A DNA stretch of 63,650 nt, filler included, from Octopus bimaculoides (Eukaryota): NCBI RefSeq assembly GCF_001194135.2. It is 6 parts of 5 records of this genome, joined end to end, with 100 filler letters (N's around TTAATTAATTAA, not from the genome) between each part and the next. Parts side by side here need not be neighbours in the genome. Positions count along the whole stretch, not along the records: positions 43,582 to 55,929 come from NC_068991.1; positions 56,030 to 61,467 come from NC_068988.1; positions 61,568 to 63,650 come from NC_068985.1; 3 more parts are not named here. One strand, 5' to 3'. The notes under the pieces were generated by a model. The model was given only the letters and a program-made list of their open reading frames with translations. It was not told the DNA's origin and made no database searches. A program made the position numbers and the translations under genes. Each line of letters starts with the position of its first letter. The first letter of the stretch is position 1. Shown in pieces: positions 54,901 through 63,650 of the stretch.

Positions 54901-55731
54901 AAGACTTCTGGTATAGGTAGTGGTGGTGGTGGGATGAGGGTGCATCACAAATGGCAAAGCACTATATATATATTTATCAAAATTACATAAAAATATCCTG
55001 AAATATCAAAGAGTAAATTTGTTCAATAAATTCACCATTGGCTTTAACCCTGGCCTCCAGATGACTTATTTTGTTGACCCTGAAAGGATGAAAGGTAAAG
55101 TTGACCTTAGTGGAATTTGAACTCAGAATGAAAAGACATATGAAATGCTGCTAAGCATCTTGCTTGGTTGCTAATGATCCTGCTACCTTGCCACCTTCAA
55201 GGGTTCCTTCATATTGATTGATCTACAAATGTATTGCATGTAAGAGGGAGGACATATAAACAAGAAGAGGTAGGGTGAAGGGAGAACAATGAAACGTTGG
55301 ATCACATGACTTCTCACTATAATCACCTCCACCACCATCAACACTACCATTATTTTTCTGTTGCTACTAATATCAATCATGATGATCATCGTCATTATTA
55401 GCACTATCATTACTCATCATCATCATCATCACCACTACCACCATTACCACTGCTATTGCCATCATTGTTGCTGTTGTAGCCATCACCACCACCACCACTT
55501 TCATCATCATCACCACCATTTGCATTTGTCTTCCCTATCACAAAGCTAAAGAATGCTTATATTGCAAATTGAGAATTATTGTAGCAGCAGCTTATACTTT
55601 CCAATAGAATTCACTCTCCTTTGATAAATATTGTTTAACTTTTAAACTTATTTTCTGCCTATTAATGTTTTTCTCTTTTGCATTCTTAGCAATACAGCTT
55701 ACTATTAATATAGATAAAAAATACTCTCATG

Positions 55732-55762
<31 letters not shown>

Positions 55763-55867
55763 AAACATGCACATGGATTAATAAACTGCATACATACATT
55801 CATATATGTATGCATGCTTTGTTATCATTCTACAGCTGCTTTCCATGGTCACATATGCATGCTATAC

Positions 55868-55929
<62 letters not shown>

Positions 55930-56029
55930 NNNNNNNNNNNNNNNNNNNNNNNNNNNNNNNNNNNNNNNNNNNNTTAATTAATTAANNNNNNNNNNNNNNN
56001 NNNNNNNNNNNNNNNNNNNNNNNNNNNNN

Positions 56030-56072
<43 letters not shown>

Positions 56073-56224
56073 AACACACACAGATATATATATATATATA
56101 TATATGTATGTATATATACATACACACACACGTGTATATATGTCTACATATGCACACACACAAATACATACATACATAGCTACATACATTCATACATACG
56201 TACATACATATATATGTGTATGTA

Positions 56225-56258
<34 letters not shown>

Positions 56259-56338
56259 CATATATATATACAGAGAGACTTATATATTTATCTAAGAGAT
56301 GAATTACGTCTAAAATTAGATGGTTCTCCTTCATTCAC

Positions 56339-56397
56339 CTTCGGTGTACGAAGCTTTGACCAAGGGGAAAGAAGGTGTTGATGTCATCAGACGTCAT
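56339..56397 (-). CDS. Speculative upstream exon (MTSDDINTFFPLGQSFVHR-R)
   Basis: Donor AG|gtgaat in phase 2 joins 51802; no convincing acceptor (possible 15-nt microexon after caaag). Confidence 0.3.
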
Positions 56398-56454
56398 ATA
56401 TATGTGTGTGTGTGTGTTTGTATGTAATATATACATATATATATATATGTATGC

Positions 56455-56494
<40 letters not shown>

Positions 56495-56654
56495 ATGTAC
56501 GTATATGTACAAATATATATATGTATATACATGCACGTATATTTATCTACCTATTTATCTATCTAGCTATATGTATATAGCTAGATAGATAAATACTTAT
56601 GGATATATGTATATATATGNNNNNNNNNNNNNNNNNNNNNNNNNNNNNNNNNNN

Positions 56655-56690
<36 letters not shown>

Positions 56691-56872
56691 CATATGTATA
56701 TATGTATATATATGTGTATATATATATATATATATGCATATACATATATATACATACATATATACATATATATACATATATATATATGTATATATATGTA
56801 TATATATGCATATGTATATATATATATATTTATGTATATATATATATATACATACACACACATACACACACG

Positions 56873-56932
<60 letters not shown>

Positions 56933-57092
56933 GTGGGACTCCCTCCAATATAATGATACTTGTAGCAGATTCCCACCGTTACGTGTAGGAGTAACACAAG
57001 TATGGCTGTTTGCTTTGGAGTTAAGTTAATCATCAAATTGCTTATTAAATGCACCGATACCTCTTTCAAGGGTAATAATAATAATAACAACA

Positions 57093-57158
<66 letters not shown>

Positions 57159-57528
57159 TATACTGGAATATGTGGTGTAAGTGTGCTTGCGTGCGTCGTG
57201 CGGTTTTTGTTATTTTCTTATATACGTATATTCGGAAGTGTGAAGATTTTGATAAATATCTTATATATTTTGCGGTAAAACGCCCTGTGCAGCGGCGATT
57301 CCCCTCCTGTTATTGCTCGGTGAGCTTTACGCACGAAGGGGTTAAATACACACACACACATATACATATATATATTCGTTTTGCAAGATTCTTGATGTAA
57401 ATTGGTGTGTTGAAACAGATATTGTTATATTTAGGGATGGCCATGCTGCCAATTCAGCCAATAAAAACACACACACTATATATTTGGTGTTCACTTGCTT
57501 CAGCTTTATTTTATATTAATTGTATTTC

Positions 57529-57573
57529 GGCCAGAGTTCTTTCGTCACACATCTGTGACCTCATCAGTGGTCC
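57529..57573 (-). ncRNA. Minimal type-I hammerhead ribozyme motif (partly decayed)
   Basis: GGACCA-CUGAUGA-G-GUCAC(AGAUGU)GUGAC-GAAA-GAACUC-UGGCC; stem I 3 bp plus mismatch. Confidence 0.6.
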
Positions 57574-57894
57574 TTTGCTTTCTTCTTTCTTTTTTGTGTG
57601 TCTTTCTTTACTAATGATCAGCCATTTTGTACAGAATCGTCTTTCACGTTGCTGAAACTCTCATATCTTGTGATGTCACAAATATTGGCATCAGTGCTTG
57701 ACATTTATATTCTTTTCATTAAATTTACGACCGTGTTCCAGTACCTTATTTTTACATTTTCGTATGAACTTCTTGATGTTCGTCTGCCACATTAAAATCC
57801 CTAGATCCATATTTGACACTGCCCGACCTTCACAGACACATCTTCAGGATAGGAAATAGATTTGCTTTCTATGTTACTATATTCTTTCTACCAT

Positions 57895-58062
57895 AGGCAC
57901 AAATTTGGTGGGAGGGGGCTAGTCGATTTCATTAACCCCTGTGCTTGACTAGGTCTTAATTTATCGATCTCGAAAGGATGAACGGCAAGGTTGGAAATTG
58001 AACTTAGAACGTACAGCATTTTTGCTCGGTGTGCTAACCATTCTGCCAGCTCGTCACCTTGT
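57895..58062 (-). mobile_element. MetaSINE-like SINE (family B), diverged
   Basis: Minus: aaggtgacgagctggcagaatggttagcac...ttcatcctttcgagatcgataaattaag. Confidence 0.75.
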
Positions 58063-58316
58063 GTTACTTCTTAAACCGTTGTCAGAAATTTGTAGAGTTT
58101 GCCACCACATATCGGTTTCCACGTTAGCAGTCAAGTTTTATTTTGTTGTTTTTTAGTCGAATTTATGTAGGATTTATAGCCTAAATACTTTTTTCTGCTA
58201 AGCTTCCATGCGAGGTCTGATCAATTAGTATCCGGACTGTTGACATTGTAACGACGCTAAAGCACGCAGAGTGACCTTGAACTCTGCTGTGCATGCGCAA
58301 TATAGACATACATGCT

Positions 58317-58654
58317 GAGACCCCCTTCGGTCATGACTGACCATGGGATTGCACCTAGAAAGTTACCCTCCCAGGTACAAGTCTGGGCAAGGTTGTTTAT
58401 GGAAGACCAGCAGTCGCCCATGCATACCAGCCTCCCCTCTCCACGCCACCAGTGTTATTCAAGGGAAAGGCAAAGGGGCCAATACAGCTTGGCACCTCTG
58501 ACGTCGCAACTCATTTCTACAGCTGAGTGAACTGGAGCAACGGGAAATAAAGTGTCTTGCTCAAGAACACAACACGCAGCCCGGTCCGGGATTCGAACTC
58601 ACAACCTCACGATCGTAAGCTTGATGTTCTAACGACTGAGCCATGCGCCTTCAC
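58317..58654 (-). mobile_element. Full-length SINE family A with tail variant 3
   Basis: Head gtgaaggcgcatggctcagtcgttag, CORE-like gtgttcttgagcaagacactttatt, different 3' half ending catgaccgaagggggtctc. Confidence 0.88.
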
Positions 58655-59698
58655 ATACATACATACATACAAACTTGCATACACACACACACACATACAC
58701 ACGCACGCACACACAGACACACATACATATATATATGAAGAGTCATAAAAAAAGGGTTAAACCATTAGGTTTGCGCTTTTGGCCAGAAATCGATCCGATT
58801 AGATCACCTTCGAACATGTGAATACGATTTGAATGTGAGAAATAGTTCGATCTGGTTAGATCACGCTGGAACATGTGAATGCAGTTCAATAAGAAATATT
58901 TTTTTCCTTTCGTTTCACTGTTGTCCTTACTATTAGCTCAGATTGAATTTGAACCAACGTCGTCATAGACAAGAAAGACTCTGTGTACCTACAATTCTAA
59001 GTTTTCCGAGCAACTTTACTTAGAATGCAGTATGGGCCTGTTCTATACCGTGTTACTCTATCTCCTCTCTTTCTCTCTATATATGTATCTATCTATCTAT
59101 CTTTCTCACTCACTCCTTCGCTCTCTCTCTCTCCTCTTCTCTCTCTCTTCTTCTCTCTCTCCTCTTCCCTCTCTCCTCTTCTCTCTCTCCTCTTTTCTCT
59201 CTTCCTCTCTCTTCTTCTCTGTCTTTCGAGGGGTAGTTTTGGACTTCTTCCGAAACAGATTGTGTCCTTCTCTCAGACGTTCACTCCCGATTCGCCAGCT
59301 ATTGCCTTCTATTCATTTTCAGCACATGGTTGATGTATAGTATTTGATGGCATCAAAGACGCACAGACATACTAGACTCATCTCAATTTCAGCAGCGCAA
59401 GAAAAAGAGAAGTTTTCGGTGCATTAAAACTTATGGGGGGCCCAAAGTCGCATATAGGACCCGGTGTGATTTTCGGGACATTTTTTTTCTTTTAAAAAAA
59501 AAAACATGTCTTATATATCGTGAAATATGGTATTTGGTTTTGCTACTGTTTTTCGGTTTTTACAGTCTGAATAACACAATACACGTCCCCCACAGAATGA
59601 CTTTCGGGTCTGCTCTTATTAAATCCAGCTGTTTGTTAACATGGTAGAGATTTCTCGGTGTATATCTTTAGATCGTCCACCGAGAAATAATGGCTTAC

Positions 59699-59736
59699 TG
59701 TGGTATTAGTTGCTGCTCTATACTGGAGCATGTCAA
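59699..59736 (-). CDS. Speculative small exon
   Basis: Acceptor tttctttaacaaataacag, donor gtaagc; open in two frames (LTCSIEQQLIP or DMLQYRAATNTT). Confidence 0.3.
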
Positions 59737-59954
59737 CTGTTATTTGTTAAAGAAACCACAATCGTTTTAGGGCTAAAATAAACAGAACAAACGAAGACTG
59801 TCGCCTTGAAATGTTCTTTGCCATTGTATGTACGTGTATATGTTTCATTGAGATTTATTCGTTCCTCTTTCGTTCGAAGAATTCAAACAGATCACAAACA
59901 AAATGACAAAGTTCTTTTGTTTAACTCAGGACATCTCTGGCAGTTTGTGGTTAC

Positions 59955-59995
59955 CTCCATTGGTCGATATATGCATGTGGATATCTTAACCGTAT
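59955..59995 (-). CDS. Speculative small exon (D-TVKISTCIYRPME)
   Basis: Acceptor ccatattcatacag, donor GAG|gtaacc, phase 1->0. Confidence 0.25.
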
Positions 59996-60134
59996 CTGTA
60001 TGAATATGGATAAGCTTGCACTTATGTGTGTGCGTGTAAATATATTCTATATGTATATGTGATTGTGTGAATTTGTTCACTGAGGAAACACAAATGAGAA
60101 TCCCTGAAATATTTCACAAAATTTTTTATTTATT

Positions 60135-60275
60135 CTATTTACATTTGACGGATATTTGTCCTCATCATGTTTGTTGTTAACACAAGGTTTCGGCTGATAT
60201 ATCCTCCAGCCTTCATCAGGTGACTTGGGGAAATTTCAAACCTGGGTTCTCATTCCTAAGGTATTTTTCGATGTT
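60135..60275 (-). mobile_element. Third, headless copy of the hammerhead-tailed SINE
   Basis: Matches 11855-11985; hammerhead at 60179-60224 with helix III mutated to AACCUU. Confidence 0.85.
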
Positions 60276-60281
60276 ATTTTC

Positions 60282-60336
<55 letters not shown>

Positions 60337-60565
60337 GTGATATACGAGGCAAGAACAACTAATTCTATGATAATGAGTAATGATATAATATTCACGTCAA
60401 AAGGAAGGGAAAAAAACCATATTCTTGAAAATATATGTATATGAATTGCGAAAACTCTTGTAATTTCTTGTGTTAGAGACAGGTCGTCTGCACACGTCGC
60501 GTGCAGACGTCTGCATATGTGCTGTAGTGTACGCGTGTTTGTGTCTGTGTGAACCTTTATCTGTA

Positions 60566-60599
<34 letters not shown>

Positions 60600-60846
60600 G
60601 GAAAGAGTTTATATACGTGAGAACAGGTTTGCACGCGTGCAGACAGATCACTTATATAATTGGTAAATATGTATATATATCAAGATTTATGTGTGTATAG
60701 ATGCGATATATATATATATATCTACAAATATGTAAAGCACACACGTATATCTATCTATCTATCTATTTATCTATCTATCTATCCATATATATATATATAT
60801 ATAGATATATATATATATAGATATATATGCAGGAAGCAAAAGTGCA

Positions 60847-60878
<32 letters not shown>

Positions 60879-60949
60879 TTGTGTGGCAGAACGAGAGATA
60901 AGATATCTGAAATTGAAAATGGTTATCTTGAAAAAGTTTGGCACTTCAC

Positions 60950-61021
60950 CATAATGCGTTCTGGGAATATCTATCGTCAGTATATCTAGATGTGCAGTCA
61001 GTTCTCCTCCTTCCAAGATAC
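60950..61021 (-). CDS. Candidate exon (G-ILEGGELTAHLDILTIDIPRTHY)
   Basis: Acceptor tcgtttaatcag, donor G|gtgaag, 72 nt, phase 1-1, protein-like composition. Confidence 0.4.
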
Positions 61022-61246
61022 CTGATTAAACGAACCCAATGAAGTCTTTTATGACATGTTTCCTCCAGCACAGGGATACCATTTTTTACCTAGGAACCCT
61101 TCTGATTACTGCTTTATTCTGGTGGAGCCATATACACATTTGATGTTTAAAGAAACTAGTTTTATAGGAATTTCTTCCAAAATTCTTATTTTGTTTTCCA
61201 CACATTAACTCGTTAGGATGAAGGATGTAAAAACGTTAGAGTAAGA

Positions 61247-61367
61247 AAAAGGACAATAATAACAATATACAAAATACATGTGACATATTATGTCAATGCC
61301 ATTTTTGTAACTACTGATATGACATAATATGTCACGTGTGTTTGCATATTGTTATTATTGTCCTTTT
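61247..61367. repeat. Short fold-back (48-bp arms, ~24-nt loop)
   Basis: aaaaggacaataataacaatat...tgtca / tgaca...atattgttattattgtcctttt. Confidence 0.9.
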
Positions 61368-62595
61368 AGTAAACAAATAAACAAGTAAATTGGCATAATA
61401 CAATGTCTGCAAGTTGATGAATACCACTTATTAATCCCCTCCGTTTTCTTATTGCTATATATATATANNNNNNNNNNNNNNNNNNNNNNNNNNNNNNNNN
61501 NNNNNNNNNNNTTAATTAATTAANNNNNNNNNNNNNNNNNNNNNNNNNNNNNNNNNNNNNNNNNNNNTGGGTACAGGATGTCACAAAATGTAAACAACAT
61601 GAAATACGAGGACAAATTTGGGTATGCAAACGAGAGAAACAAATGGAAAACAAAAGAAGTAACATAAAGAACGACCCTTCATCAGTTGTTGGTTGTCTAT
61701 CGACTCCTCATTTCGAGCTTTGAACGACAATATGAGACTTCGAAAAGCAATTGCTTTCGCGAACCAAACTAAAATTTGGGATTTGCGGAGGGTCAAAGTT
61801 GATGACAAAAACAGGACAGTGGAGACATACAACAAACGAAAACAAACACGGAGGGCTGTTGGGTCAGACAAGGTAGAGAAGCGAACGCTAGAGGAATGTT
61901 GTCTTTGACAAGAGAAAAGATAGAAGAGGAGACAGATAAGAATGCATGTGGTCTGCACGACAGACTGAAGGAAAAAGAAAGATGATCACGTGAGGAAAAG
62001 AAAGATGGACGATGGTCATGTGTGAGCAACGAGAGAGTGTAAAGGAGAAAGAGTGAGAGAAAGCGGGACAGACAAATAGAAAACGGTGAAGGGGAGAAAA
62101 ATAATTAGAGAAAGGATGAGAGAGAAAACGAATATATATACTGAAAAGCAATGGCTTCTGTAGAACCATTGATCAGATAGAGCAGAAGAAAAATGATTTC
62201 ATCCGATCCTATGCCCTTATCAGACCATACATTGACATTCTTGATGTCATCATGGAAAACTGCTGTGGCAAGGCTGATCAGGATAGGGAAATCGAAGCAA
62301 AAACTAGAAGTCTCTTTGATCCAGTGATTCTCCAAAAGAATGAATCCCCCAACTCTGTGAACAACCAGGCTGATAAGCATAGAGAAGCCAAGGAAGCAAC
62401 AACCAGAAGTCCCTCTGTGTCAGTGGTTCTACAGCGGAATGGAGCCCTTACCCCATTGGAGAACCAGTGGAATGCAAGTGCTACCACAAGAAAAGGAAGG
62501 AAAGAAAACGAGCACAAGCATAAAGAAACAGTTCAGCAATCATAGGATGCATTTGATCAGATAAAAATGCTTAAATAGTCTTGACTATTTCCCTT

Positions 62596-62974
62596 CTACC
62601 ATGAAGAGAAACCATTGAGCCGGCGGATTACCAAGATATAGCCCCACCCCCAGATTATCACAGATCCTCCTTCATGTTCAACAGTTGGAAGAAGGCAGTC
62701 TAGGTCAAATGCTTCTTTTGGCTGTCTCCACAGGTATACTCGTCCGGTGGTCGGAAATAAGGTAAAGGATGACTCGTCCGAGAAAATAACATTCTTCCAC
62801 TGCTCTAGGGACCAATTCTGTAGGTTTTTGCTCCACTCTAAATGCTTTACAACGTTTGTTTTTGAAAGTATTGGTTTTCTGATTGCAGCCCTCCCGTAAA
62901 ATCTGGCTTTGTGCAGCTCCCGGCGAGCAGTTTTTGTGGAAACTAGATTCTTGAGGTGATCATTAAACTCTGCA
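62596..62974 (-). mobile_element. Tc1-family transposase fragment
   Basis: VSTKTARRELHK...GRAAIRKP...WKNVIFSDESSF...LLPTVEHEGGSVIIWG. Confidence 0.92.
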
Positions 62975-63650
62975 GAGAGAGAACACGCACACAGTTCTAT
63001 CAATTATATTTGGAGGCATATTTCAAATGTCTTCGTTTTGGCGAGCCGAACCTGGAAATGACTCTGCAGAAAATAATTAGATTAATATCAATTTAAACCA
63101 GTGGCCTAGCATACTGAAAAAAATCTGAAGATTCAGAAAATTATATTACATATAAGAGGAATGATCACTAGGTGGACTCCTAATATGCTAAATGTAGACC
63201 CCATATGTTCTGCAGAGTCATTTCCGGGTTCGGCCCGCCAAAATGAAGACATTTGAAATATGCCCCCAAATATAATTCATAGAACTGTATGCATGTTCTC
63301 TCTCAGGAGGACGTCTCGTGCATAGTTCTGTAAATTATATTTTCTATGACGGTCACACTGAAGATTTGCAGACATTTACGTAATGTAAATGGTAACAATG
63401 AAATCTGGTATGTGACTAATCATTATATTTTGTATCTTTTCATTTGTCTTGCTCGCTTTACGTTCTGGCGTTTGCCGAATTTTCTTGAGAACAATTTTTC
63501 TTAGTGGTTAAACCAGATGGGGTCTACATTTAGCATATTAGGAGTCGACCTAGTGGTCATTCCTCTTATATATATGTAATATAATTTTCTGAATCTTCAG
63601 ATTTTTTCAATATGCTAGGCCACTGGTTTAAATTGATATTAATCTAATTA
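62975..63650. repeat. Interleaved inverted repeats A-B-A'-(hammerhead)-B'
   Basis: A 62975-63071 / A' 63208-63304; B 63074-63204 / B' 63517-63650 (runs to the window end). Confidence 0.95.
63351..63417 (+). ncRNA. Type-I hammerhead ribozyme motif
   Basis: GGUCACA-CUGAAGA-U-UUG..CAUUUAC/GUAAAUG..CAA-U-GAAA-UCUGGUA-UGUGACU; 7-bp stem I, cleavage after GUA at 63410; helix III imperfect. Confidence 0.7.

Overview
This is AT-rich (non-prokaryotic) animal genomic DNA from a gapped draft assembly, most likely an octopod cephalopod (inferred from microsatellite load and tRNA-derived SINEs resembling the octopus OR/OK and MetaSINE-type families). Most of the supplied ORF track is microsatellite or N-gap noise. 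Real content: (i) dense decayed transposons (CR1-type, L1/Tx1 and RTE LINE fragments; two mariners, a Tc1 fragment, pogo/Tigger-like MITEs; several SINE families); (ii) two probable unidentified multi-exon genes found by splice-site/phase reading (a + strand gene ending at ~18.3 kb and a - strand gene ending at ~49.4 kb); (iii) a CpG-rich promoter at ~43.85 kb inside a CpG-depleted domain. The most interesting signal is not in the ORF track: at least eight minimal type-I hammerhead ribozyme motifs of the Penelope-like-element kind, from about six unrelated short repeat families. Four of the loci are fold-back (inverted) insertions. One family is a tRNA-headed SINE with a hammerhead-bearing tail, and one locus has a junction implying a tandem or circular ~445-nt monomer. 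All folds and exon joins were read by eye and none was computed or database-checked.
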